DNA from: an uncultured Acidobacteriaceae bacterium
Lineage (GTDB): Bacteria > Acidobacteriota > Terriglobia > Terriglobales > Acidobacteriaceae
Direction of reading: 5' to 3'
Assembly (NCBI GenBank): GCA_963737435.1
Contig: CAVTSI010000004.1
Span: 40,975-104,974 of the forward strand
Length of the DNA stretch: 64,000 nucleotides
The notes beneath the pieces were generated by a model, which saw only the letters and a program-made list of their open reading frames with translations, was not told where the DNA came from and did no database searches. Below are positions 46,813 through 56,465 of this stretch, in pieces (positions within the stretch are counted from its first letter, which is position 1; every line of letters starts with the position of its first letter). Both the position numbers and the translations under genes were made by a program.

Positions 46813-49649
46813 TACTCCAGGTCCCTCCAGTTCGGTCCTCCGCCAACCTCCACTCTGAGCGGCACCTTCAGCGCGTACACATTCTCCATGCGGTCGGTGA
46901 CCAGCCGCCTCATGGTGTCCACTTCGTCTTCAGGAACTTCGAAGACCAGTTCGTCATGCACCTGGAGCAGCATTCTGGAGCGCAGCTTACGCTCGCGCAG
47001 CTCGGCGTCGATGCGAATCATCGCAATCTTGATAAGGTCGGCCGCCGTGCCCTGTAGCGGAGTATTCACCGCCGTGCGCTCGGCAAAGCCACGCAGGTTG
47101 CTGTTCTTGCTGTGGATGTCGGGAATGGGACGCACTCGCCCAAACAGCGTCGTCACTTTCTGATCGCGGCGCGCCTGGTCCAGGGTTGCGTCGATGAAGC
47201 CGCGCACCCCGCTGTACTTCTCGAAATAGGCATCGATGAAGCGCTTGGCTTCCTTGGTGTCGATGCCGAGCTGTTGCGACAGTCCGAACGGCGACAGCCC
47301 ATAGACGATGCCGAAGTTTACCGCCTTGGCGCGGCGGCGATGTTCGGGATTGACCATCAACGGCGGCACACCGAACACTTGTGAAGCGGTGAGAGTGTGA
47401 ATGTCTTCGCCGGTGCGGTAGGCCTCGACCAGCAGCTTGTCGCCGGAAAAGTGCGCCAGCAGACGCAATTCGATCTGCGAGTAGTCGGCGGCCAGCAGCA
47501 CGTGTCCGGGCTCGGCGATGAAGGCGGCGCGGATCTCGCGGCCCAGTTCGGTGCGAATCGGAATGTTCTGCAGGTTCGGATTCACCGACGAGAGCCGTCC
47601 GGTGGCCGAGCCGGCCATGTTGAATGTGGTGTGCAGCCGGCGGGTGCACGAGTTGACCAGCACCGGCAGCGCGTCCACGTAGGTTGACTTCAGCTTCGAA
47701 AGCTGGCGGTAATCCAGCACCATGCGCGGGACTTCGTGCTCGCCGGCCAGCCCTTCCAGCACGTCCACTGCAGTCGAGATGGTCTTGCCCTTGCCGTACT
47801 TGAACGGCTTGGGCAGATTCAGCTTGTTGAACAGCACGTCGCCGAGTTGCTTGGGCGAGTTGATATTGAATTCGAAGCCCGACTTGTCGTAAATCTCGCG
47901 CGCCTTGGAGTTGATGTCGAGTTCCAAACGCTGTGACATCGCGGCCAGCACATCGCAGTCCAGCTTGACACCAGCCTCTTCCATGCGCGCCAACACCGGC
48001 ACCAGCGGCAAATCGATCTCGTCGTAAACCTTGCGCAGTCCGGTCTTCTCAACTTCGTCGCGCAACTTGTCGGTAAGCCGCAACGTGATGTCGGCCGCTT
48101 CGGCCGGGGAGGGACCTAATACAAAGCTGAAGTGCCGCTGCGCAGTCTGCGACAACCCGTAGCTCGCAGCGCTCGAGTAGGTAGGATCAAGCAAGTAGCT
48201 GTACAACAGGGGATCGTGCTGCACGCCCGCGAGCGTCAGCCCGTGCTGGCCGAAGACATGCATCGCCGACTTGCAGTCGTGCACTGTCTTGGATATCGCT
48301 TCATCGGCAAGCGCCCGCTTTAGGGGCTGCGCAACTTCCGAATCATTCAGCGCCAGCGTCAGAGCTTTCCCGGGCTCGGCAGAAATCGCAACGCGCAGGG
48401 GTGCGGGCGCCGACGCAACCTGCGGCGCAGCTGACAGTGAGAGCTGTTCGTTGTCTTGCTCTTCTCCGCTTTCTTCTTCTTCGGCAGCGGTCTGGTGTGC
48501 CGCTGATTCCACTGCGATGGCGAGCACCGCACCAGGCTTGCTTGCCAGCGCCACAATGGCCTCGACCTCGGCGGCGGATTGCGCGTCGCGATAGTCGGTC
48601 TCGCCGAGTTCGACGCTTTCATGCAGGAAGTCCTGGACCAGCGTCGTAAATTCCAGTTCGGTAAACAGCGCGCGAGCGGCGGCCGGATCGGGCTCTTGCG
48701 CGCGCATGGCCTCCGGCTCAAACTCGACGGCAACGTCGGTTTTGATGGTCGCGAGCTGCTTGCTCAGCAGGATGGTGTCGCGATTGTTCTGCAGCGACTC
48801 GCGATAGGCTTTGCGCTCGACTTCCTCGGCGTGCTCCAGCGCGTTCTCGACGCTACCAAATCGCTGGATCAGTTCCACCGACCCTTTGTCGCCGATGCCG
48901 GGCGCGCCCGGAATATTGTCGATGGCATCGCCGCGCAGCGCCATCACGTCCACGACCTTGTCCGGCGGCACACCCAGGATCTCTTCCACTTTGGCGGCGT
49001 CGCAGATGAGATTGTCTTTGGGCGGGTTCAGCACGCAGGTGCGCTCGCTGACCAGTTGCATCATGTCCTTGTCGCTGGAGACCACAAACACCGAGTAGCC
49101 CGCGTCCGCGGCCTGCCGCGCCAGGGTGCCAATCACGTCGTCGGCCTCGAAGCCGGAGGCCTCAATCATGGGGATGCGATACGCCTCAAGCGCGCGCCGA
49201 ATGTACGGCACCTGCTGCGCTAAATCTTCCGGCATGGCTTTGCGATTGGCCTTGTAGCCGCTGTAGGCCACGTCAACATAGGTCTGGGTCTTGCTGTCGA
49301 ACTTGCGCAGGCTGGGCATGGCGGTGGCCTGCTCATCGCGAAACGTGGGCGCGGCCACGTCGAAGACGGCAGCCAGGTATTGCGGCGCGAAGTCCGCACG
49401 CAGTTTGCGCAGCATGTTGACGAAGACAAACGTCGCGCTGGTCGGGATGCCGGTCTTGGTGGACATGGGCCGCTGCCGCGCCATCGCATGATAGGCGCGG
49501 AAGATGAACGACATCGTGTCGATCAGGTAGATGCGGCCTTTTGATCCCGTTGGCTCGGCAGGAACAGCAACGCCGGCTTTGGCTGCGGTTGCCGGTTTCG
49601 CGGCACTGGAGACGGTAGCGGACTTTGCGGTTTTGCGAGTGGAGGGCAA
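46812..49649 (-). CDS. polA: DNA polymerase I
   Basis: 5'-nuclease (IYLIDTMSFIFRAYHA...GIGDKGS), a 3'-5' exo-like region, and pol motifs (LLAADYSQIELRLLAH, RRRAKAVNFGIVYG, LLQVHDELVFE). It has a ~38-aa Lys/Ala/Thr-rich N-terminal extension. Confidence 0.95.
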   Translation of the reverse strand: MPSTRKTAKSATVSSAAKPATAAKAGVAVPAEPTGSKGRIYLIDTMSFIFRAYHAMARQRPMSTKTGIPTSATFVFVNMLRKLRADFAPQYLAAVFDVAAPTFRDEQATAMPSLRKFDSKTQTYVDVAYSGYKANRKAMPEDLAQQVPYIRRALEAYRIPMIEASGFEADDVIGTLARQAADAGYSVFVVSSDKDMMQLVSERTCVLNPPKDNLICDAAKVEEILGVPPDKVVDVMALRGDAIDNIPGAPGIGDKGSVELIQRFGSVENALEHAEEVERKAYRESLQNNRDTILLSKQLATIKTDVAVEFEPEAMRAQEPDPAAARALFTELEFTTLVQDFLHESVELGETDYRDAQSAAEVEAIVALASKPGAVLAIAVESAAHQTAAEEEESGEEQDNEQLSLSAAPQVASAPAPLRVAISAEPGKALTLALNDSEVAQPLKRALADEAISKTVHDCKSAMHVFGQHGLTLAGVQHDPLLYSYLLDPTYSSAASYGLSQTAQRHFSFVLGPSPAEAADITLRLTDKLRDEVEKTGLRKVYDEIDLPLVPVLARMEEAGVKLDCDVLAAMSQRLELDINSKAREIYDKSGFEFNINSPKQLGDVLFNKLNLPKPFKYGKGKTISTAVDVLEGLAGEHEVPRMVLDYRQLSKLKSTYVDALPVLVNSCTRRLHTTFNMAGSATGRLSSVNPNLQNIPIRTELGREIRAAFIAEPGHVLLAADYSQIELRLLAHFSGDKLLVEAYRTGEDIHTLTASQVFGVPPLMVNPEHRRRAKAVNFGIVYGLSPFGLSQQLGIDTKEAKRFIDAYFEKYSGVRGFIDATLDQARRDQKVTTLFGRVRPIPDIHSKNSNLRGFAERTAVNTPLQGTAADLIKIAMIRIDAELRERKLRSRMLLQVHDELVFEVPEDEVDTMRRLVTDRMENVYALKVPLRVEVGGGPNWRDLE

Positions 49650-49798
49650 GTGAAAATTCTAACAAGCCGCGGTGAAGCCTGCCACAGACAGCAATACATA
49701 GCTGCGGAAGGTGGGATAATGGCGATGTCACAACCGCTATCTGCCGCTGACTAGCCCTGAGCTTTCTGAGGTGCGCGCGCGCCCATCGCAGACTCCGC

Positions 49799-50680
49799 TT
49801 ACATCCTTTGCTGTAGCCCTTGGAAATACCTGCTGAGTGCTGCAGGACTTGGTCTAAACGTCGGCCGTACCGACAGCATCGTATCCAATACGCCCAGCAA
49901 GCCTGTGCTCACTGCAAGCTTGCGTCCGCTCGCCCGGATGCCGTCGGCCAAGGCGTTCTGGTCATAGTCGGTGGGATGCTGCCCGAGTAAGCTTTGCAGC
50001 ATTACTACGCCAAGCGAAAAAATGTCGGAAGCGCAGGACAATGTTGCCCCGACGGCCTGCTCGGGCGATAAGTAACCCACCGTTCCAAAAGGCTGACGCG
50101 CGGCAAGAGTGTGGTCTTGCTCTAAATGCCTGGCGGCGCCGAAGTCGATGAGAACGGCGCTGCCGGAGCCTCTAAGCATAATGTTCGAGGGCTTTACGTC
50201 CCCGTGAACAAAGCGTCGCGACCAAATTTCCGCAATTGCAGCCGAGACATCACTCCCTATTGGCAGCACTTCGAATTCCAGCAGCGGTCCGCTTTTCAAC
50301 CGCTCGCTCAGCGATTCTCCGTCTATGAATTCCCACGCGACGTACCGGGTGGGCCGACCGGCCATGCCACAATAACCATGTTCAATCAGACGAGCCAGGG
50401 CGGGATGCGAGATGTTTTCCATCACGCTGATCTCGCGCTGTACGCGACTGTCCTGACTGGAATAGAGGTACAACTTCAGAGCTACAACGTCATTCGCCGC
50501 TGTGCCGTCCGGCCGGGAAGCTCTGGTTGCCTTAAAAACTGCTCCCTGGCCGCCAACGGCAATCTCGGGACCAACGAGGTACCGCCGACCCAGCGCAGCT
50601 TCTATATCTGCAGGCACAAATGGGTGGACATCCATACTATCAACGACGTAAGCGGCGTTCTGCTTAAGTTTCCCTTTCAC
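49799..50680 (-). CDS. stand-alone Ser/Thr protein kinase domain (non-RD: HGD)
   Basis: VGGQGAVF, VALK, HGDVKPSNIM, DFGAA, GTVGYLSPE. There is no TM or sensor domain. The ORF has a GTG start, and ATG 50635 is an alternative. Confidence 0.75.
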   Translation of the reverse strand: MKGKLKQNAAYVVDSMDVHPFVPADIEAALGRRYLVGPEIAVGGQGAVFKATRASRPDGTAANDVVALKLYLYSSQDSRVQREISVMENISHPALARLIEHGYCGMAGRPTRYVAWEFIDGESLSERLKSGPLLEFEVLPIGSDVSAAIAEIWSRRFVHGDVKPSNIMLRGSGSAVLIDFGAARHLEQDHTLAARQPFGTVGYLSPEQAVGATLSCASDIFSLGVVMLQSLLGQHPTDYDQNALADGIRASGRKLAVSTGLLGVLDTMLSVRPTFRPSPAALSRYFQGLQQRM

Positions 50681-50837
50681 GGGATGCGAGAGAACCGTTC
50701 ATACAATATACCCGCGAATAGTAAAACGAGGAGGCGCTTATTACTGATTGAGAGCGCTAAATCAGGGACCTCGTCAACAGGCAGGCGATGAGCAAAACTG
50801 GAGTTTTCGATCCGCAGGTAGCTGTTGTTAACAGACA

Positions 50838-50985
50838 GTAGCTGTTGAAAAAGTCGTTTTCCGTGAAAAGCGCACCAAAATGGGTGACCAGAAATATATG
50901 CCCGGTCGGAGAAAATCGTTTATAGGCCATCCTAACGCGACGATTTTTCAGCGCAATCTTCGCGAGCGAGTTTTTCAACAGCTAC
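50838..50985. mobile_element. 148-bp MITE-like element with 15-bp perfect terminal inverted repeats and a 5-bp target duplication
   Basis: GTAGCTGTTGAAAAA (50838-50852) and TTTTTCAACAGCTAC (50971-50985), flanked by AGACA at 50833-50837 and 50986-50990. A partial extra copy GTAGCTGTTG lies at 50818-50827. Confidence 0.6.
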
Positions 50986-51033
50986 AGACAAATTACACCA
51001 TCAATCCTTAGCGGACTCAAGAAGGCGCATGTC

Positions 51034-52209
51034 CTACTCGATAAACATGCAATCCCCATACGAATAGAAGCGGTAGCCCCGGCGGACTGCATGTTCAAAC
51101 GCCTGCAAGATGCGCTCACGGCCGGCAAAGGCCGCAACCAGCATCAGTAGCGTTGATTTCGGCAAGTGGAAGTTCGTCAACATTGCGCCTACCATGCGGA
51201 ACTCAAATCCCGGATAGATAAAAATGTCGGCTTCGCCACTCTGCGCCGTGATGTGGCCATCGGGGTCATTCTGTAAGCGCCCCGCCCTAGCCAAAAGAAG
51301 GCTAGAACGGGGCACCCGGCCGGCCGGCGTAGTTTGTCGGGCAGCAAATTCCAACGTGCGCACCGTTGTGGTCCCCACCGCCACGATTCGCCGCCCGGCA
51401 TCGCGCGCGCGCTGGATTCGCTGCGCGGCGTCCGCCGAAATTTCGTACCACTCGCGATGCAGTTTGTGCTCCTCAACGACCTCTTCGCGCACGGGCTGAA
51501 ACGTGCCTAGGCCGACATGCAGTGTGATCTCGGCAGTTTCGATTCCGCGCTCGCGTATGCGCTCAAGAATTTCCGGCGTGAAGTGCAGACCCGCCGTAGG
51601 CGCGGCGACCGAGCCGAGCGGTTTAGCGTAGATCGTTTGGTACGACTCGCGGTCGGAGGGCGTATCGGAGCGATCGATGTACGGCGGCAGAGGAATGTGG
51701 CCGATGCGATCAAGCACGCCGAAGAAGTCGTCCACCGAATCGAAGCGAAGGCGGCGCTCGCCAAATGTTCCGCGGCCCACGATCTCGGCCGCGAGTTCAT
51801 GCGACGATTCATCGGCGTCGCCACCGAAGTAGATCCGCTCGCCCAATCCGAGCTTGCGGCCGGGATGGACCAGCGCTTCCCACTGCGGCGGATCGGCGGA
51901 GAGTTGCCTGGTCAGCAACACTTCAACTCGGCCCCGCAGGAAGTCTTTCGCCGCGGGATTCTGGGTCGACAGCCGCTGCGCGCGCGAGCCGCTGCGATGT
52001 CCGAAAAGGCGCGCCGGCAATACCTTGGTGTTGTTAAGAACCAGCAAATCGTCAGGTCGCAACAACTGGGGAAAGTCGCGAAATACCAGGTCATCGAGGC
52101 GATCGTCACTACGGCTGAGGTGCAGCAGCCGCGCAGCCGCCCGGTCGGGCAGCGGCTCTTGCGCGATCAGCTCCTGCGGCAGGCGATAGTCGAAATCGGA
52201 GACCAGCAC
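51034..52209 (-). CDS. queA: S-adenosylmethionine:tRNA ribosyltransferase-isomerase
   Basis: [20 protein letters not shown]...[14 protein letters not shown]...GHIPLPPYI...AAPTAGLHF...[10 protein letters not shown]...[12 protein letters not shown]...[12 protein letters not shown]. Confidence 0.92.
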   Translation of the reverse strand: MLVSDFDYRLPQELIAQEPLPDRAAARLLHLSRSDDRLDDLVFRDFPQLLRPDDLLVLNNTKVLPARLFGHRSGSRAQRLSTQNPAAKDFLRGRVEVLLTRQLSADPPQWEALVHPGRKLGLGERIYFGGDADESSHELAAEIVGRGTFGERRLRFDSVDDFFGVLDRIGHIPLPPYIDRSDTPSDRESYQTIYAKPLGSVAAPTAGLHFTPEILERIRERGIETAEITLHVGLGTFQPVREEVVEEHKLHREWYEISADAAQRIQRARDAGRRIVAVGTTTVRTLEFAARQTTPAGRVPRSSLLLARAGRLQNDPDGHITAQSGEADIFIYPGFEFRMVGAMLTNFHLPKSTLLMLVAAFAGRERILQAFEHAVRRGYRFYSYGDCMFIE

Positions 52210-52332
52210 AAAGCGATTATGCCTGAGTGCACGGACATCACACCCGCAGGTTCGTGGGTAGTGGGTCAGTTTGAACAGAATATCGGACGCCAGCGCGGCC
52301 GGTAAACGCTTCGGCGTCAGTCGCGAGTAGAA

Positions 52333-53076
52333 TTACCTGCGCTTTCTACCTATTGCACAGATCCAACCTCTGTCGTACTCCTCGAACACTTGAATATCGG
52401 AATAGCCAGCCTTTGAGAGCAGCTCGCGGTGCTCGCTGACACTCAGGTGCGCATAATTCATCATCCCCCGTAATTCTTCGAGCCTTCGCAGCAGTCGATC
52501 ATATTTACCGCCTTTGTAGGCTTCTGCGATGATGATGAGTGCCCCGCCAGGTTTCAATACGCGTAGGACCTCCTGCATATCGGCGTTCAAGTCAGGCCAG
52601 TAATAGTGAGTTTCCACCGCGGTGACAAGCTCGAACATGTGATCCGGGAAGGGCAGATGCGATACGGAGCCGAGCAGCACTTCGACACGCCCCGCCGTTA
52701 TCCACTTGCGATTTGCCCTTCTTGACGCGGCAACGCTCTCCTCTGAGTAATCGATGCCATACGTTTTCCCCTGCGTGGCCATTCCGGCCAGCCTCGCGAT
52801 CGTTATCCCACCACCACAGCCCACATCGAGAATCGTGTCGCGGTTCTGAATTGAAATATGCTTCAGCCCCCACTCCGTCACCTTGGAATGACGACGGTTC
52901 ATATTCCAAAGATTCACTCTGCCGAGCCAGCCGCTCGGCTTGCTGCACTGATTCAGCAACGTGCTCCTCAGGCTCATTACTTCGGTATTCCTCTCAGGAC
53001 TGAGTATCCGCCGCCCAACCCAACTAGCAAGAAGACCGACCCGCTTCGTGCAATACGACCGACGCACGCGCAGCAT
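52333..53076 (-). CDS. class I SAM-dependent methyltransferase
   Basis: ILDVGCGGG motif I, FELVTAVETHYYW, and LRVLKPGGALII. ATG 52977 is the likely start. Confidence 0.8.
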   Translation of the reverse strand: MLRVRRSYCTKRVGLLASWVGRRILSPERNTEVMSLRSTLLNQCSKPSGWLGRVNLWNMNRRHSKVTEWGLKHISIQNRDTILDVGCGGGITIARLAGMATQGKTYGIDYSEESVAASRRANRKWITAGRVEVLLGSVSHLPFPDHMFELVTAVETHYYWPDLNADMQEVLRVLKPGGALIIIAEAYKGGKYDRLLRRLEELRGMMNYAHLSVSEHRELLSKAGYSDIQVFEEYDRGWICAIGRKRR

Positions 53077-53240
53077 AACGCAAACAGTCTGAGGTCCATC
53101 ACAGGGTCACGTTATGTTTATGAGTCATCGAGCTCGCAATTCAGACTGATCTATTACCGGTTCGACGGCCTCTTTTGCGGAAATCGTTTTCTGCGGTAGG
53201 ATAGCAATCTAAGCCCGTCAGGCGCATCCGGCCCAATTTC

Positions 53241-53909
53241 ATGAAGACCGAGCAACAACATCGGGACGACATTGTCCGCTTCGGCGGGATGCTGCACCAG
53301 GCTGGTCTGGTGGCGGCCACCGATGGAAATCTCTCCGTGTGCCTCGCAGACGGGAATGTTCTGTGCACTCCCACGCTCATGAGCAAGGGGTTGATGGAAC
53401 CCGAAGATCTGGTGATGGTGGACCCGAGCGGGAACAAAGTGAATGGCTTGCGGGGCGTGTCCAGCGAAATCGCCATGCATTTGTTGATTTACCGCCTGCG
53501 TCCGGATGTTGGCGCGGTGGTGCATGCGCATCCGCCCACCGCGACCGGCTATGCAGCGGCCGGTATTGCGCTGGACAGTGCGCTGTGTTCGGAGATCATC
53601 GTGACCCTGGGTTCGGTGCCGCTGGCGAATTATGAAACTCCCGGCACGCAGGAACTGGCGGAGGTGCTGGCGCCCCTGGTCGTCGAGCACGATGCCATCC
53701 TGATGGCGAACCACGGCGTGGTCACCTACGGCGCAGACTTGCTGACCGCCTACATGAACATGGAAACCGTGGAACACTTTGCCAAGATCGCGCTGGTGAC
53801 CCATTTGCTGGGCAAGCAGCAGCCGCTCAGTGATCAGCACGTGGACAAGCTGCGGGAACTGCGGACGAAATATCGCAACCACGTGGAAGTGGGAAAAGGG
53901 AAAGAGTAG
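53241..53909 (+). CDS. class II aldolase/adducin-family protein
   Basis: ATDGNLSV, SSEIAMHLLIYRLRPDVGAVVHAHPP, and MANHGVVTYG. Confidence 0.85.
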   Translation: MKTEQQHRDDIVRFGGMLHQAGLVAATDGNLSVCLADGNVLCTPTLMSKGLMEPEDLVMVDPSGNKVNGLRGVSSEIAMHLLIYRLRPDVGAVVHAHPPTATGYAAAGIALDSALCSEIIVTLGSVPLANYETPGTQELAEVLAPLVVEHDAILMANHGVVTYGADLLTAYMNMETVEHFAKIALVTHLLGKQQPLSDQHVDKLRELRTKYRNHVEVGKGKE

Positions 53910-53935
53910 CGCAGTACAGCCCGCTCATACCTTTT

Positions 53936-56182
53936 CTAAAAGCCAGCATTACCCGTTCGTCCCCCAAAACTGAACCTCATCCCGGCGCGGAAGTTCGCCC
54001 GCAGCGCCGGATATCCCAACACTTCGTTGTAGTGGTTGTTCAACGCATTATTCACGTTGGCGTACACCGTGACGTGACGATTGACGGCGTACCAGCCGCC
54101 GAGATCGACGCGCGCATAACCAGCGGCATAGTAGATGGGCGGAATGTATCCGAACTGGAAGTCGGAGTCGGGACGCTGTCCCACTGCGGTGACGCCAACG
54201 AATCCGCCCCAGCGCTGCCGCGTGTAGGTCAACAGCAACATGCCGGCTTGCTTGGGACGCCGCAGCAGCGGAGCTCCCGCGCCGTAGATGCGCGGATCGC
54301 ATCCCGCATTGGGGTCGCAAGGCGGCGCCTGCTGAATCTGGGTCGAGGTGTAGGTGTAAGCAGCGGTCGCCGACAGATGATTGGCAACATGGCCGCTCAA
54401 CACCACTTCGGCGCCCTGCGCCATGGCGCGATCGAAATTGACGTACTGACTGGTGTTGGTATCGGAGTTGTATAAGTACTCGATCTGGGCGCGAAACTGA
54501 TTGTGGAAGTACACCGCGCTGAGCGACACGCGATTGTTGAACAGTGACTGCAGCACGCCGGCTTCGATGGCCCGGTTCTGTTCCGGTTGCAGGTTGGGAT
54601 TCGGCAATGTGGGGAAAGTCCCGGTAATTCCAAAGGTTTGCTCGAAGCTGGGCTCCTTGATTCCCTCCGAATAGCCAAAGTGCAGGCGCGTGCCGCTGAA
54701 GACGGTATTTCCACGCAGCGCCAGAAACGTCAGCGAAGCGCGCGGGCTGACTTTGCCGCCAAAACTGCTGTTGTTGACGTAGCCAACGCCGGCGAGAATC
54801 GACAGCCGCCGCCACACGATGGTCTGCTGCGCAAACAGATAGTTGTTGAAACGCAGACCGTGAGTGGTGGTAATTCCAAAGTCCGAATTGTTGTTGATGT
54901 ATCCGTTCTCGTCTTCAAAGTTGTAACCCAGCGTGGTCTGCGCCCACGGCCGCGGGCTATAGATTCCCTGGTAGGCGAAGCCGGCGAGGTTGTACTTGGC
55001 CAGGCTGTTGAAGGCGCTGTCGAATGGGCGGTCAGGATCGGCGATGGGGTTCACGTTGAGCGCGACGTGGTGGTACTCGAAGCCGCTGAACTGTTGCTGC
55101 CAGGCGCCCGGACCGCTGACCGTGAGATCGCCGCTGGCCAGGAAGTTGTTCTGGTGCGCGTACTGGTTCGGGTCAGGTGGCAGCTCGGGATTTCCGTTGA
55201 ACCACCAGTTCGACTGAATGCCTGTCCAACTGTTGTAGTGACGCGCGCGCAGACGAAATGCCACGCGGTCAGAAAGTCGCACGCCCACGTTGCCGCCTTG
55301 CAGTGAGTTGGAATAGGCGTCGTTCACTCCCTGGCCTTGGGTGTTGAACTGGTTGGCGAAGCCGTTGTAGTCGAAAATTCCGCGCGCTCCCGCCAGCGAC
55401 GCATAGCCGTTGGCGCTGGAAAAATTTCCGCCGTCGGCGCCGAATTGAATTTCCGGTGTGCGCGTGCTGCCGGTCGAGCTCCAAAGCTGCACCACGCTGG
55501 TCATGGCGTCCGATCCGTACACCGTGCTCTCGGGACCGCGTTCCACCTCGAGCCGGTCAACGTTGTTCATGGGGACCACTCCGAAGTCGAAGACGCCGCC
55601 GGGATCGTTCACCGGCACGCCGTCCACCAGCACCTTGTTGTAATTGGATTCGCCGCCGCGGACGAACAAGCTGGCGAGATTACCGCGCCGCCCCGTGCTG
55701 CTGACGATTGCTCCGGGAATGTAGAGCAACGCGTCAGGGGCGAAGACGGGATTGATCGCGTTCAGTTGCTCACCGGTCAGCACTCCAACCGAGGTGCCTG
55801 TCTGCTCCACCGTTGCGGGCGTTGCAGTGGCGGAGACGACCACGGTTTGCGCCGTGGTGGTGAGCGTCAGTCGAACGCTGAGGGTTTCCGTCTGCGGAAT
55901 AGAAACTTGTTGCGACTGCTCGGCGAATCCCGGGGCGAGCACCACCAGGCGATACTGTCCGTTGGCGAGATGAGGAAACGTTGCCGTGCCATCTCCGGCG
56001 GTGGTTTGCACGCCAACTCCGGCGTTGTCGGTGATGCGAAACAGGCTGACCTGCACGCCGGAGACGCGCTCGCCGGAGGGACTTTCCACCAACACTTTGA
56101 GGTCGGATGCAAGCGCCGCTGTCGAACACAGCAGCACGGCGAGAACTCCACGAAGAATGGCCGAGAGACGAACGCTGAACAT
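53936..56182 (-). CDS. TonB-dependent receptor with an N-terminal carboxypeptidase-regulatory-like domain; probably a corrinoid importer given the upstream riboswitch
   Basis: Signal peptide MFSVRLSAILRGVLAVLLCSTAALA. CarboxypepD_reg segment (GQYRLVVLAPGF), plug (VGVLTGEQL...SLFVRGGESNYNKVLVDGVPVND), and a beta-barrel ending ...RFSFGGRTGNAGF. The ORF track start at 56293 is upstream of the signal peptide. Confidence 0.85.
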   Translation of the reverse strand: MFSVRLSAILRGVLAVLLCSTAALASDLKVLVESPSGERVSGVQVSLFRITDNAGVGVQTTAGDGTATFPHLANGQYRLVVLAPGFAEQSQQVSIPQTETLSVRLTLTTTAQTVVVSATATPATVEQTGTSVGVLTGEQLNAINPVFAPDALLYIPGAIVSSTGRRGNLASLFVRGGESNYNKVLVDGVPVNDPGGVFDFGVVPMNNVDRLEVERGPESTVYGSDAMTSVVQLWSSTGSTRTPEIQFGADGGNFSSANGYASLAGARGIFDYNGFANQFNTQGQGVNDAYSNSLQGGNVGVRLSDRVAFRLRARHYNSWTGIQSNWWFNGNPELPPDPNQYAHQNNFLASGDLTVSGPGAWQQQFSGFEYHHVALNVNPIADPDRPFDSAFNSLAKYNLAGFAYQGIYSPRPWAQTTLGYNFEDENGYINNNSDFGITTTHGLRFNNYLFAQQTIVWRRLSILAGVGYVNNSSFGGKVSPRASLTFLALRGNTVFSGTRLHFGYSEGIKEPSFEQTFGITGTFPTLPNPNLQPEQNRAIEAGVLQSLFNNRVSLSAVYFHNQFRAQIEYLYNSDTNTSQYVNFDRAMAQGAEVVLSGHVANHLSATAAYTYTSTQIQQAPPCDPNAGCDPRIYGAGAPLLRRPKQAGMLLLTYTRQRWGGFVGVTAVGQRPDSDFQFGYIPPIYYAAGYARVDLGGWYAVNRHVTVYANVNNALNNHYNEVLGYPALRANFRAGMRFSFGGRTGNAGF

Positions 56183-56214
56183 GACACTCTCCTTTACACG
56201 CGAAAGGGGTTTGG

Positions 56215-56385
56215 TGACGTAGTTCGCGCCGGTCTCCTGGCTGACGAGTTGCGATTGATATCGCGAACAGCGGCGGGGCCTTCCCGTTTTCACAGTGGCC
56301 TTGCGCCAAGACTCGCTTACAGTTGCGCGGCAGCGCGGGCTTCACACCCGCTTCCCAGTTCCGCCGGTGAGATGGCGGAACGCGC
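56215..56385 (-). promoter_or_regulatory. cobalamin (AdoCbl-type) riboswitch in the receptor 5' leader
   Basis: The minus strand reads ...CCGCCAUCUCACCGGCGGAACUGGGAAGCGGGUGUGAAGCCCGCGCUGCCGCGCAACUGUAAGCG... (conserved GGGAA..GGUG.GAA..CC..GC.GCAAC.GUAA core). A B12 box GUCAGCCAGGAGACCGGCG lies at 56245-56227, just upstream of the ATG. Confidence 0.8.
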
Positions 56386-56465
56386 GAACATTGATTGGCA
56401 AGGAACAATCCCGAACCAAGCTGGTTCAGGATGAGATTTGAATGTACTGAGCGGGGACGCGGGTG

